From positions 1,488,001 through 1,552,000 of the forward strand of contig NEEC01000016.1 in the NCBI GenBank assembly GCA_002189035.1: DNA of 64,000 nt. Direction: 5' to 3'. Positions 1-13,291 of this stretch are shown piece after piece. The notes beneath the pieces were generated by a model. The model saw only the letters and a list, made by a program, of their open reading frames with translations, was not told the origin of the DNA and ran no database searches. The DNA comes from Utricularia gibba (taxonomy: Eukaryota; Plantae; Magnoliophyta). The position numbers and the translations under genes were made by a program. Numbering within the stretch: position 1 is the first letter of the stretch; each line of letters opens with the position of its first letter.

Positions 1-187
1 TTGATTTTTTTTTAAAAATATTAGATGAATTTACTTTTATAACTATAGCTTTTTCAATTCACTAAAAAATATCAAAACCCTATCACAAGAAATATATCAT
101 TTTTAAACCTTTTTTTAAGCAACCACAGTGAATAAACGTATTTTCAAAGATTTATATTTTTTAGACACTCATATGTATTATTGTGAG

Positions 188-734
188 TGATAAGGGATAA
201 ATCGGAAAGGTTGCCAAAAATGATCCTGAGGGGATAACGCGAGACGACATATCGATATCTATTAGAAATCTGACAGGTATGGCCATATGATGCAGTCTGA
301 AAAGCAGCCAAATTACGATACAACAGACGGCCGATGTTTGAAAAGCGAGATCATATAGCAGGAGCAGAAAGCAACCGATATTTGCAGACGTCAGAATTTG
401 ATCAGAGTGAGTTCTCATATAAATAGGAAGAATCATGACGAAGGAGGGGGTTGGACACAAAAAAAAAAAGAGAGAAAGACATAGTTCTTAGACTTATAAC
501 CTCGTCTTTCCCCCCACCCCCTCCCCTTTTTTTTTGAATCTAGTGGAAATCTTTTCCGGCGAGCTCTGGCAGGTCTATGGTTTTTCCACTTCTCGGCAAT
601 TTCCACATAAAAAACCCCTGTTCATTCTTGTTTCAATCGAACCAACTACGAAAAACGCGACTAAGTGTGGCAATTTCGATTGCACTTATCACCTTAAATC
701 GGTCTTATACCGGATACCGATTTCACCCATAACA
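188..734 (+). repeat. 5' LTR of Tat-1
   Basis: TG...CA ends (TGATAAGGG...CCCATAACA). Homologous to 9125-9530 and to the LTRs at 42991-43481 and 48280-48820. Confidence 0.92.
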
Positions 735-738
735 TTTT

Positions 739-756
739 TGGTGCCCACCGTGGGGC
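739..756 (+). promoter_or_regulatory. Primer binding site, tRNA-Lys(CUU)
   Basis: TGGTGCCCACCGTGGGGC, one mismatch to the complement of the plant tRNA-Lys(CUU) 3' end. A perfect copy lies at 48257-48274 (minus). Confidence 0.88.
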
Positions 757-812
757 CTTGTTCCACAGCCCCACTCGAGAAACCCACAAGAACCACCCGT
801 TAATCACGGATC

Positions 813-2130
813 ATGGTGGAAAATAGCACAGCCACTGACCCGACTCAAGACGGAAGCGCCGACGCGCAAGACCTCGGCCTTATGATCACCAGCAGGGAGC
901 AACTGAAAGCCCTGCTAACGGAAATCCTCGCCGACCTCCGGGCACCTTCAGGCCTCAACTCCAACGCCCAAGAGGGAACACCCGAAACTGCACCACGAAC
1001 GGAGAAACAACCTCTTATTCCGGATTACCCCCTAGACACGGAGACTGAATCGGAAACCAAGGAGGAGATGCTGCGAAGAATGAGGCGTAACCAAGTCATA
1101 TATGAGCCAGGAACTGATAGGGAAAACATGGCTGGAAAAATATTGGAGGAAAGGGAAGAAGAGCTGAAAAGAGAATTGGATCAGATCCGGGAAAAACGAA
1201 AGATCATCGCCACTCGAACGCCACTGGGAAAGAAAGAGAGTAGGGGCTTTAGAGACACTTTCGACCAGAACGTCCACACCGGAAGAGGAGACGTCCTTGC
1301 CAACATCGATTTAGCCTTGAAGAATAATGTTGAAGGAACTGCGAAGACCCTTGCACTTTGTTTTGATCCCTTCTTCGATGAGTTGATCCAAGAGGAGCCC
1401 GAAAGGGGATTCAGAGTCCCCGATGGACTACCCACCTACGATGGGAAGGGAGACCCTATATCTCACGTTACCGACTTCGACATGAGAATGGCCACGGTCC
1501 GGCACTCCGAAGTCATGAAGTGTAAGTTGTTTGCCTGCTCGCTCCAGAAGGGAGCCAAGATCTAGTTCAAATAGTTAGAACCATGTAGCGTGGGATCCTA
1601 TTGGGAGTTGGTGCTACTCTTCACCACCCGATATGCTGTTAACATCGAAGCCTTACCATCAAAGGCAGCGTTGTACTCCATTCGGTATGATCACAGAAGA
1701 GAAAGCTTGAGGAAATTCATCAACCGATTCAACTGCTTGGCACAGGACGTCCAGTTGGATTTGAAGGAAAGGGTGGAAATAATGAAGCGGGCCTTAGGAA
1801 CGTCGAAATTGGGACAGTGTCGAAGTCCCCACCAAAGGATCTTGGAGAATTGCTAAGGAAAATCATGAAGTATATCTGAGTTGATGATGATCTCAGAGCC
1901 GAGATGATCTCAGAGCCGAGATGAAAGGCCGCATGGAGCTCCGCTCAATCCCACAGCAAGAGACCCAACCTAACTGGGGGCCTAGGCCGAATAAGCACTG
2001 TAAAGTGTATCAGGTGGAACCAGCTAGAACAGATGCCCACTGCGAAATACACAAGACCACCAGGCATAAAATTGCCGACTGCCGAGTAATGAAGAGGATG
2101 ATCGAGCAATATCATGCTACCGGGGGATAA
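813..2130 (+). pseudogene. gag: Tat-1 gag, interrupted by stops and frameshifts
   Basis: Fragments with retrotransposon gag motifs (YDGKGDPISHV...KCKLFACSLQKGAK; ESLRKFINRF) and a Zn-knuckle remnant (HCEIHKTTRHKIADC). Confidence 0.9.
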
Positions 2131-2237
2131 ACAACGCGACATGGAACCCCACGTCAACGACGGACCGGAAAAGAGGACGCAACGAACGAACGGGGAATGA
2201 GGGGAACCGATATCCGAAATTCCCCCCAAAACCAGCA

Positions 2238-5200
2238 ATGGTGATCTCAAGAGACAACAGAGAACCAAATCCCGAAGGACAAGACGTACCGGAGAGTTCA
2301 CGGGATGCCAATCAAATGCAGGGCAGTCCCCCCTATATTCGGAAAATCCATATGATATCCGGAGGAACCGAAATAGATGTATCTGGAAAATCACGGAAGA
2401 GATATTTGGATGAAGCCAGAAGAGGAGAAATTTTCGAGATCAGGAATGGTCCGATTGAGAAAGCCGCTTGGGAAAAGGAGGAGATCAGCTTCTCCGACAA
2501 AGACGTCCTGATCGGCCCAGCCATGAGAGATGAGCCCTTGGTGGTATCGGGAATATGCGGGAGCACCAAAGTAAGGAGGATTCTCATTGATCAAGGATCC
2601 TCGTGCAACATCATGAAGAAGGAGGTAGCCGAGTTACTGGCGTCATCTAATGAGGGGAGTATCCACCATGTACGCATGGAATTGTATGTGTTTGACCACC
2701 GGGCTGTGCAAACTATCGGAAAAATAACCCTACCCGTGATGTTTGGAGCGGCAGGGCGGAGCTGAACTGAGAGGTTGGAATTCTTAATCATGGATTAAGA
2801 GGTCTCGTACAACATCATCCTCGGGCGACCTGGCATCAACCAATTCGGTATGTTACCCTCCACTGTGCATTTGAAAATTAAATTCCCAACACCTAAGGGC
2901 ATTTGCACGATGGGTATCGACCAACCAACCGCCCGATCTTGTTATGTATCTTTCTTTCGAGATCCTTGTGCGAAAAGGCCGAGAGTGATGATGGTAGAAA
3001 AGGAGCCCCGAGAACCCCCTAGACAAGCAATGGAACCGATAGGGCACAAGTCGGTACGACTAGTACCAGAGGATGCGCAGAAAGCCACTCGCATTGGCGC
3101 CAATATGGACACGGAATTTGAGAAGAGGTTAGTTGAACTTTTGATGAGGAATGCCGATATTTTTGCTTGGACTGCTGCAAACTTTGTAGGCATTGATCGA
3201 TCCGTTGCTAAGCACCACATTAATATCTACTCGGGAGCAAAACTGGTTCGAAAGAAGCAACGGCATTTCTCAGAGGAAAAGTGCCGAATTATTACGGAAA
3301 AAACAAGGGAGCTCTTGGAAACTGGTTATGTGAAGGAGATCCAATACTCCGAGTGGGTAGCTAACCCAGTCGTCGTCACGAAGCCCGGGGGAAAATGGAG
3401 GATGTGCATTGACTTCACCGACCTCAACGCCTGCTGCGAAAGGGACCCTTATCCTTTGCCGAAAATTGACAAGCTAGTCGACGCCATTGCCGGATCCCGA
3501 TTCCTGAGCACCATGGATGCCTATTCGGGATACCATCAAATTTTCATTGCTGAGAGAGACCAACCGAAAACCACCTTCTACACCAAGGATGAGGTTTACT
3601 GCTACGTGGCCATGCCTTTCGGTTTAAAGAATGGTGGGGCGACTTATCAAAGGTTAGTAAATAAAATATTTTCTTCTGAGATCGGTACCTCATTGGAGGT
3701 ATATGTGGACGATATGATCGTAAAATCTATGAATGAAGAAGACCACTTAGCATATTTGGATTCTTGCTTCTCTCTGTGCCGGTCATACGGGTTAAAACTC
3801 AACCCACTGAAATGTTGCTTCGGGGTGCAAAGCGGAAAATTCCTGGGACATTATCTATCGGAGAGGGGAATCGAGGCTGACCTCGAGAAGATTAAGGCAA
3901 TATGCGAAATGCAACCCCCAAGGACAATCAAGGAGTACTAGAGCCTCACGGGTAAATTGGCTACCCTCAACCGTTTCATATCTCGGTCAACTGATAAGTC
4001 GGCATCCTTCTTCAAGGTCTTGCGAAAGGGAAATGCTTTAGAATAGAACGAGGATTGCCAGATTGCCCTCTAAAAACTCAAGGGATACCTCTCATCCCCC
4101 CACTTCTTGTGGCTCCGAAAACAGGAGAGTCCTTAGGGCTATATCTGTCTATATCGCTCGTTGTAGTCAGCGCGGTCTTGACAACCATTTCGGTGGATAA
4201 ACACTTGCCGATGTATTATGTGAGCAAGGTTCTGTTACCGGTCGAAATCCGTTATTCAATGACAAAAAAATTCATCTTAGCTCTAAAGATGGCGACCACA
4301 AAACTGAGGTCATATTTCCAAGATCGACACATCGTGGTATTCACCAATCAACCTCTGAAGAATATCCTATCTCGACCAGAGATTTCCGGAAGGGTTGCCA
4401 AATGGGTGGTCGAATTGAGTACAATGGATATTGAGTTTAAATCGAGAACAGCAATCAAGGCCCAACCCCTTGCCGATTTTGTGGTCGAAATGACGAGACC
4501 TATAGACCGTTTTGTGGAAGCCAATGATCAATGGGCCCGACATACAACAGTGATGGAGGAGGAATAGACATCCGAACCCAGGATGAGGAACACATTTATA
4601 TCACGGTGAAATTCTTATTCCCAGCCTCCAACAATGTGGCCGAATATGAAGCCTTGATCGAAGGAATGAAAATTGCCAAGGAACTAGGAGTTGCGGAGCT
4701 CGACGTCTACACCGATTCGCGACTTGTGAGGACACTTCTCGGGTGAGTACAAAACCCATGACTCCCTCATGGCTCTTTACCATACTCAAGTAAAGGAACT
4801 GGCAAAGACCTTCAAGGAATTCACCCTGTCGCACGTGGCACGTGAGGAAAACAGATCCGCAGATAGCCTCGCCCGATTCTCTGCAGGGTTTCATGAGCTG
4901 AGGGAAGGAAGTGTGATGATTCGGTTGCGGGATCAACCTTCAGTGACCTTTCGAGCCGTGAATTATATTACCCAACAACCAAAAAATGATATCTCTCCAT
5001 AGCTGAGCCATCTCAATGATTGGACATCGTCCTATGTCCGATACCTACGGAATGGAGAAACACCATCTGATAAATTCAAAGCTCGACAGTTAGAGATTAG
5101 AGCAAAGAGATATACATTGGTAAATGGAATTCTCTATCGCAGATCCCTAGATGGACCCCTCTTGAGGTGCATCGAGGTGAGGCATTCTCAAGAACTTATA

Positions 5201-6200
5201 ACCGATCTGCATGAAGGGGAATATGGTAGCCACGTCGGAATACGATCCTTATGCAGGAAAGCCATGAGAACCGGGTATTATTGGTCAACTATGGAGCGGG
5301 ATATTATCGAAATGGTAAAGAAATGCAAAGTATGCCAATACCATGCAAGTACACCGAGAAAGCCGGTACATAACTTGACTTCTCTTCCATTCTCGTGCCC
5401 GTTCGATCAATGGGGAGTGGATATTATGGGGCCATTTCCCCAAACCTCATGCCAACAGAAATTTGTCATCGTGGTGGTCGAATATTTCTCCAAATGGGAG
5501 GAGGCTGAAGCCGTGGCAAAAATATCAAAGGAGACCGTTATTCGATTTCTATGGAGAAATATCTTCATTCGGTTTGGGAACCCTCAAGAGCTAGTGATTG
5601 ATAATGGAACCCAATTCGCTAGAGGAAAAATGGAGGCATTCCTGGATAAATATACGGTCAAGCACAACTTCACCTTGGTGTATCACCCGCAAAGCAATGG
5701 TCTCACAGAAGTAACGAATCGAACGCTCAGGTTAGGTATGAAGACTAAGCTTGAAGATTTTGGAGGATCATGGGCAGATCGCTTGGATGAAGTGTTGTGG
5801 TCATATCGCACCACCCCTCGAATCACCATGGAAGAATTCCCATTCTTATTGGTTTACAGTTTGGAAGTCATATGCCCTATCGAACTAACCCTGAAAAGCT
5901 ATCGGGTAGAGAATTACAACGAAGGGGAGAATGCCGACTTGTGAAAGTTGGAGTTGGAGCTGTTGGAAGAAAAACGGCAAAATGTCTATAGTCAACTAGG
6001 GGCTCATCAAAGAAGAACGAAGAAACGATATAACAAGTCGGTGTCTCCAAGAGAATTTTCTGAGGGAGACTTGGTGCTCCGAAGCATTCAACCACAGAGA
6101 CATATTGGAAAATTAGATCGCAAGTGGGAAGGCCCTTATCGGATTTCAAGGGTAATCGGAAAAGGAGCGTATCGTCTAAAATAATTAGATGGCGTGGAAT
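2238..6200 (+). pseudogene. pol: Tat-1 pol: protease, RT, RNase H, additional (archaeal-type) RNase H, integrase
   Basis: RILIDQGSS; WRMCIDFTDLN, MDAYSGYHQI, YVDDMIV; ASNNVAEYEAL...DSRLV...ENRSADSLA (Tat-diagnostic extra RNase H); GVDIMGPF, DNGTQF, PQSNGLTE; KWEGPY. Several stops and frameshifts. Confidence 0.95.
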
Positions 6201-7059
6201 TCTCAAGGCCTTGGAATGCATCACACCTACGGAAATTCTATACCTAACTGGCTCAATGACAATCTCCATCACAGGATTGCATAGAATCTGGTATCCTCTC
6301 CCTCAAAACACTCAAGCGCTTGTAAATTCCTCCAGAATGGAGATGAGTAAACAAAACCACAAGCCCTAGCCAAGTCGTGTAAGCCCAAGCAGACCCTAAA
6401 AGATCTAAACCACAAGCCCTAGCCAAGTAACGTAAGCCCAGACGAATCTCCAAAATCGGCATCCCCTACGGGATACAACAAATCAATTCGGGGTCTCCCC
6501 TGGTATATATATCTGATCCCCAAAACCCAAGTGTCAATAACAAGAATAAGCTCTGGTACAATTCAGGCACCGGTTTATATGAATCACACGCGTAAGCCCC
6601 GAAAAGCCCTTAAGTATTGACCTTGTTGTCGAAATCTCGAGGCGGCAAGAGCACCTGAAGTGAATCTCCCCATGTTCAAAACAATGGGATATGGCCAGAA
6701 GAGGGCCCTTTCGGATTGGGGAAGTCGCTCAACCCATGAGGGGTTCCGACCTACTTCCCTAGCAGCGGTCCAGCTCGCATAAGAAAATACTAAGGCAAAC
6801 TAAAATCAAAAAGCCCAACCAAAGGGTTGGTGAAGAGACACCCACCCTCGGATCACAAAAGCATAGGCGAACCTCCCAAGTCTAGGCACGTAATAGACAT
6901 AACAAACCAACTTGGGGCTTCCCCCGATATATGATATCATCAAAGGCAAAAGTGATGTGCAAAAAAGGGAGTAAATTAAAAGAAAACCCCGAACCGGGAT
7001 GCCATAAATGTTCAAGGAGCCCCACAGCAGGGGGAAAATACATCAAGTTAAAGAGATCA

Positions 7060-8614
7060 CTAAAGTGCAAGAGGAGATGGGGGATTAACGGGAGGATTGG
7101 CAGAGAAACCGGTATGTCGCTCCATCTTGGCTCTCAACTTGGCGTCATTCTCTCGTCCTATCTTTGCCTGGATCAGCGCAATCAGCCGCTCCTGATCAGC
7201 TTCGAACCCAAACTCGAGGGCCTGGAAAGTGTCCACGATAACATCAAGCATGTTCCCATCCTTCGTCAAGGGGTTTACCCTGTCGAAGCGTGGATCCATG
7301 ATTGAAAGCCTGAATTCCCGGCTGAACTGTCGCCTCTGACGGTATAGAAGTAAGCCGATTAAGTCTCTTGCATAGATATCGGAGAGTTCGGCAAAACAGG
7401 CCGATTAAGTCTCCTGCATAGATATCGGATCTCAGAGACTTCTACTACTTGATCCTCCCTCGAGGAAGGATCGGCGGCGTCCAGCTGAGCTCCGAACGTA
7501 TCAGCTTGAAAGAAGAATCGAAAAAAGGTTATAATCGGGAATTCGCGATAATTGTTAAATAGGAGACAAACTGGTGCAGGGGAGGGCTCCTCGGGTTCCT
7601 GCATCCTCTGCATCTCGGCAGAGAACCACGCCATCACCAAATCTTCCAGGGAGCTTCTTCGAGCCATCTCTTCAGCTAAAAACAAAAGTAGGGAAAAGCA
7701 ATAAGGCATAGTGCCGATTAAGAGACTCGGGAAAGCTGAACCCGACTACCTCTTTGCCTCTTCGAGGGTTTGTGCGCAACTGCCATAACCCTCTTTTTTT
7801 TTCTTGGGAGCCTTGGTTTGAACAGGTGGGGGGATTGGAGGTGAAGCCGAAACAAGAGGGAAGGATGGAGAGGGGCTAAAAGGAAGGCTTCTCGAATTGG
7901 TGCCGACAAAAGGAATGATATCGGGCCAATGGAGGTCTCGAGAACGACCAATAATACCTGATCTTTTCAACGACTCACCCGAGAACATCAAGGCACGAGA
8001 CTCATACCGAACTGAGCCTCGACTAAGCCTCTCATAAAGGACTTCGTGAGATTCGGAGGAAGAACGATATGCACCAGAGATCTTGATCTTGAAAGGAGTT
8101 GGGGGATCGACTGGGAAGTTCCATCGAAAACCCAAAGGGGGAGCTACCCAAACGAAGGAAGACCACCAATCATGGTGGGTATCGGGGGCTTTAACAACAA
8201 AGTTGGGGTTATCTTCGAATCGGTGGAATTGAAAATGAGATCGACCATCCGTCGGGGACTTCGCTTTACGCACGGCAACCTTGAAGAGATGAAGGAAATC
8301 TACCAGAGTCATAATCGGATCCATACCGGCTGAATAGAAGAGGAAGGTAGTGAAGCAAAATATGGAATTCGGGGCGAGACAATAAAGCGGAATTGCAAAG
8401 GTGTAGAGAAAGCGGACTATTAAAGGATGGAGTGGAAAGCGTAAACCACTCTCGAAATAGGCAAGTGGAATCGGAAGACTGAATGGAGGCAGGGGGTCCT
8501 CGCCTACCCCCTAAGGGATTTCGGCATCCTGAACAGAAAAGAGTTGATACTCATCAGGGATTGAGTATCGAATGCGAAGAGAGGGATATTAAGTTCATTA
8601 GCTCTCCTACTCAT
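7060..8614 (-). pseudogene. Antisense accessory gene of Tat-1 (putative gypsy-type Transposase_28-like), fragmented
   Basis: Starts MSRRANELNI; ORF pieces (TLVDFLHLFKVAVRK...HHDWWSSFVWV; MDPRFDRVNP) match the antisense ORFs of Tat-2 and Tat-3. The Pfam assignment is from recall. Confidence 0.75.
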
Positions 8615-9124
8615 TTTCGAAAAATCGAAAGAAGCCCCAAACCCTAGAAGAAGGCAGAAGTTAGAGAAGGTAATCGACTCAAAAAGGCGATAGCTACCCG
8701 TGAAAAATTCCCAAAGACCTAAGAGGGAGGTAAGCAACCGTAAGGATGCAAAAAGTTATGGAGAAGGATTGAATACCTGGGAAATCTGTAATCTCCGGCA
8801 GATAACACGGCGGCAAGCATGGCAGAGTTCAGAGAGCGCTGGAATCTCGAGAGCGAACGGAGAGGGCAAAGGAAAGAACTGATGCGAAGGGCGCTTACTT
8901 ATACGGGAAAGGTTAAGGAGACGAAAAGTCGTGACATTTGAGGTACCAATGATAGGGGATAAATCGGTTAGAGGTAATGTGGCATGCCAATGAGCCGGCG
9001 CGTGGTAGAGAACGGCATTTGGCTTATTCGAGGGGAGCGGCAGCTCAATAATCGGTATCGTAGCAGTTCTGATTCCCCAATTTACCCCGAGAAGGGCTGA
9101 TATCGGTGAATCAGAGGGGCTGAA

Positions 9125-9530
9125 TGATAGGGGATAACGCCAGACGACAGATCGATATCTGTCAGAAATCTGACAGGTATGGCCATATGATGCAGTCTTA
9201 GCCGAATTACGGTACAACAGGCGGCCGATGTCTGAAAAGCGAGATCGTATAGCAGGAGCAGAGAGCAACCGATATTTGCAGACGTCAGAATTCGATCAGA
9301 GTGAGCTCTCCTATAAATAGGAAGAATCATGACGAAGGAGGGGGTTGGACACAAAAAAAAAAGAGAGAAAGAGAGAGTTCTTAGACTTATAACCTCGTCT
9401 TTCCCCCTCCCCCCTTTTTTTTTTGAATCTAGTGGAAATCTTTTTCAGCGAGTTCCAGTAGCTCCGTGGTTTTTCCGCTTCCCAGCGATTTCCATATAAA
9501 AAACCCTTGCTCATTCTTGTTTCAATCGAG
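9125..9530 (+). repeat. 3' LTR of Tat-1, truncated at an inversion breakpoint
   Basis: Colinear with the 5' LTR until ...TTCAATCGAG (9530). Short internal deletion between two GGGATAA motifs. Confidence 0.9.
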
Positions 9531-10730
9531 TTTTTTAATAAAAGTGAAATAGTTAAAATAAATAAGATATTACAAATCATTAATAATCAATTAGATCTAA
9601 TTTTTTTTAATGTTATTCATATTTTTTGTATATTTAGATTTTATGTGTACTCATTCGACCCATATGATCTCTAATTTCAATATAATATTAGAATGTTTGT
9701 CTTGTGGTACGGATTGGATACCCAAGATGAGTTTCATGTTGATCTGAGTTTTATTTAAAAAAAAGAAAAAATAAGTAGATGCATTAGGATTATATGACAA
9801 AAATTAGATCATATGAGTACTATCTACAATAACAAAAAACTAGTATTAAGGATCAAAGATAGCCAGTATTAAAACAATCAATTTCATATAAATAAATAAA
9901 ATTAAAATAATCAAGTATATAAGGGATTGTATATCATTAATAATCACTAATCTTTTTTATTATAATCTATATATATTATATACTTAGGTTTTGTACTCAC
10001 TCAACTCATCAAATTCTTAATTTCAATAACTAGGTGTTCCAACCATGCCCAATTTTTGATTTTGGACATCTACCGGGAAGGGATGTGTGCGTGCGTGAAG
10101 TTACTTCTTGGTCATGTTGATTACTACTTGGGTAACCTTCATTTCATCCTTACAAACAAAAACACTGCCTCAATACTTTTTGAAACGTATGTGGGAGGTT
10201 TTATTGGGCATTCACACTTCTATTATGCGTGTGAAACTAAGATTTGTTTGTAGGAGGAGTAACATGTTTTTCCAATCCTTCCATATGCATTAAGTGTGCC
10301 ATCGCTGTCTTGACATTGTCCCCACGTCCTTTAGCTTTCACGTGGTATTATCTTTGGATTAAAACATTTATTAGAAGTTATCCATGAGAATGAAGTCTTT
10401 CCTTTCTTCTAGATGCGGGGGGTTTTATTGTCCGAGTGCTGTCCAGCTGTGTTAGGGCATAGCATAAGCTCCAAAAAGAAATAAATGTACCCCATTATTG
10501 TTAATCAGAGCTTCAATATCAAGAGTTAATGGTGATTTTTCACGGTTATGTTGAGGTATGTGTGTTATCATATTATGTGTGAGATTGCAGAGGACGGTGG
10601 AGTGTCCGGAACAAGAAGAAGCCCAGCAGTGGCTCATTAGAGTGAACACCGGTTTTTTTATTCTGGGGGACAAGGAGACGGATGGATGGATAGATTGATA
10701 GATTAGATATGTGCGGTTAGGTTGGCGTGT

Positions 10731-11285
10731 TCAGTTCACCGGCTCAGTCTCTGCTTCCACTTCTGTCTCAGTCACCACCGCATTACAGCAACCACACCCT
10801 CTTGCGCCACAGCAGTCGCAGTAATCGCCACCGCCACCTCCTCCCCGCCCCGCCGCCCCACCACCTCCCCCTCCCCGCCGCCACCCCACCTCCGCCTCCT
10901 CCGCCACGGCCGCCACCGCCACCACCTCTTCCGCCGCCGCAGCCACCTCCACCTCCTCCGCCGCGGGGACCACCTCCACCCCCACCGCATCTACGCGGCC
11001 TGCATGAGCCACCAGCACCGCCCCCAGGACCGCCACCGCGGCCACCACTGCAGCTGCCGCCCGGGCTCCCAGCAGAACCATCAAGGTGGTCCACCTCATC
11101 CCCAGCTTCGGCAGCTGAGTGAAACAAAACAAGATAAGACAGACATCATCTCCGCGCATTTACGAAAAACAAATCAGAAAACAGTCGATTACATGTGTCG
11201 GCGGTGCTCGTGCTTCCCCGGCAGACGCGAGGAGGACAAGCAGCAAGAAAATCAAAGCAGAGAGAACCAGTTTTGAAGCAGCCAT
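10731..11285 (-). CDS. GRP type A copy 1 (signal peptide, Gly-rich, Cys-rich tail); several 1-bp G-run deletions
   Basis: Exon1 11285-11193 (MAASKLVLSALIFLLLVLLASAG), GT-AG intron 11192-11115, exon2 11114-10731 ending DYCDCCGARGCGCCNAVVTETEVEAETEPVN. TATAAAT at 11333-11327. Exon1 is 93 nt versus 94 nt in A2 and A3. Confidence 0.8.
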
Positions 11286-12417
11286 TATTGGAAACCTAAG
11301 CTCGGGCTGAGTTGGTAAGGTTTATCATTTATAGATGTGAACCCAAACTAAATCATTATCATAAAACCTCAATCATTGAACATATAAACCACTGTTAGGG
11401 ACATTGACTTAATATTTTATGGCGTCATGAAACCATAGGTTAAAAAAATGCAATATCTGGCAAGGTACGTATCTATCTCTTTGCAAATGCTGTAAATCGG
11501 TTAGATTTTCGATCGAAATTATTGACGACAACTAAGAACGTCTTTTTCTTGTTAGTTGGATGCAGTGCATTTAAAGCGCGTGGGCCCCAAATATCATCCC
11601 CACTAACAGGTAATGACACGATAGTGCTGATGACGTGGCGCTCTCGTAAAATATCATCCTCACTAACACAATTATTGAAATAATTTCAAATAAAAAATGT
11701 TAAAATTAGTTGACCGGAGACCGGAACTGCACACTTAAAATATCATCATCACTAACACAATTATAATGAAAATTATATTAATATGAAAAAAAATTAGTAT
11801 CATTTTTTAAAATTTTGATAGTGAAAAATAAATTTTAAATAATAAAATTAAATATACGCGGCAAGTATGAATTATAAATTAAGAAAAAAAGTATTTGAAG
11901 GCAATTGAATAATAAATTCATTGATGTTATTATTTAAAAAAAATTTAGGACTTTTTATAAAATCAATTCAATTTATTACACCCAATAAAAAATAGGGTTT
12001 TTTTATTTAGGCCGGGCCTACCATGATAATCATATCAATGTTAAAAAAATTTGTATAGGGATAATAAGGATAATTTAAAAAATTGTATAAATTAATAATA
12101 TTATTTTCCCAAATGACATAATTGATATTTAAATTAATTTGATTGGTGGTGGTCTTGGATCCTCATTTATAAGATTGTTTTATCATAAATATACTATGAA
12201 ATAAAAATTGATTGAAGATCTAAAAAGTACTTTCTAATTTAATTCTCATTTTTTATTTTCCCTCTTATTACAAAAAGTAATAAAGATTTCATTTTTTTTA
12301 TTATAAAAAATAAAATATGTGTGTAATATGTTGTGTTTGAGGAGGAGAATGCAAATCTATTAATAATGTAAATAATATTTTTGTTCTAATAATAAAATGT
12401 ATTTTTTAATTACTCAC

Positions 12418-12535
12418 TGTTATGAGTTCGGTATCCGGTATAAGACCGATTTAAGGTAATAAGTGCGATCGGAATTATCACAATTAGTCGCGTTTTTCGC
12501 AGTTGGCTCCATTGAAACAAGAATGAGGAAGGGTT
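12418..12535 (-). repeat. Inverted terminal segment of the Tat-1 3' LTR
   Basis: Reverse complement matches the last ~120 bp of the 5' LTR, ends CATAACA and is followed by TSD GTGAG. Confidence 0.92.
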
Positions 12536-12539
12536 ATTC

Positions 12540-13129
12540 TTGAGATTTCTGAAGAGTATGGGGTCCAAATTATCTCGGCAGTCTCTGTCGTGTTTACACT
12601 ATGTAAGAACAAGCAAAAAAGGGGGATGAATCTCTTGAAATGTGTTCTTGATGTCATTTCTAGACTTTCATTGCATCGAAATCCAAAACGTACGGAGATT
12701 ACCTAAAACCCAATATGGATTCCATGGTGGAGTATTGGGTGTACACGCAGCACTGAAATACCGAATTCATTCATGTTCTTTGGAATGGCAATTATTGAGA
12801 GGCGGCCATACTTTTCAAATAGGGTCCATGAGTATTGAGATTTCTGACGAGTGTGTGGTCCTAATTATCTCGGCAGCCTCTGTCGTGTTTACACTATGTA
12901 AGAACAAGCAAAAAGGGGGGATGAATCTCTTGAAATGTGTTCTTGATGTCATTTCTAGACTTTCATTGCATCGAAATCCAAAACGTACGGAGATTACCTA
13001 AAACCCAATATGGATTCCATGGTGGAGTATTGGGTGTACACGCAGCACTGAAATACCGAATTCATTCATGTTCTTTGGAATGGCAATTATTGAGAGGCGG
13101 TCATACTTTTCAAATAGGGTCCATGAGTA
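12540..13129 (+). repeat. Two tandem 295-bp units in the B1 promoter
   Basis: Unit boundaries TTGAGAT at 12540, 12835 and 13130. Confidence 0.95.
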
Positions 13130-13291
13130 TTGAGATAACAATATCTGGATTTTAATGTTATATTATTTATTTTTTAGTGGAGTGATGGGATGGCACCTAC
13201 CCATTTGCGCTCTTGATTATTGATTTCAAGTTTTTGTTCTATAAATAGCGAAGAGGCATTCGTGAGTGAGTGTGAGCTCCGCGATCTGAGA

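Larger units (their letters stand above)
188..9530 (+). mobile_element. Ty3/gypsy Tat-lineage LTR retrotransposon (Tat-1), decayed; end of its 3' LTR is displaced to 12418-12535
   Basis: LTRs start TGATA(A/G)GGGATAA at 188 and 9125. tRNA-Lys PBS, then gag-PR-RT-RH-extra RNase H-INT, then PPT-like AGAGGGGCTGAA before 9125. TSD GTGAG at 183-187 and, inverted, at 12413-12417. Confidence 0.95.

Noticed and set aside
161-460. Recurrent LTR ORFs (MCPTPSFV..., MSHLAFVIIS... at 9082, 43196, 48531)
   Set aside because: They recur only because LTRs are repeated; lengths and frames are not preserved.
10727-11122. Pro-rich, extensin-like ORFs (also 13457-13789, 26138-26529, 28082-28390, 55594-56192, 63123-63548)
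   Set aside because: They are the antisense shadows of GGN repeats. TATA box, signal peptide, GT-AG intron and poly(A) signal are all on the opposite strand.
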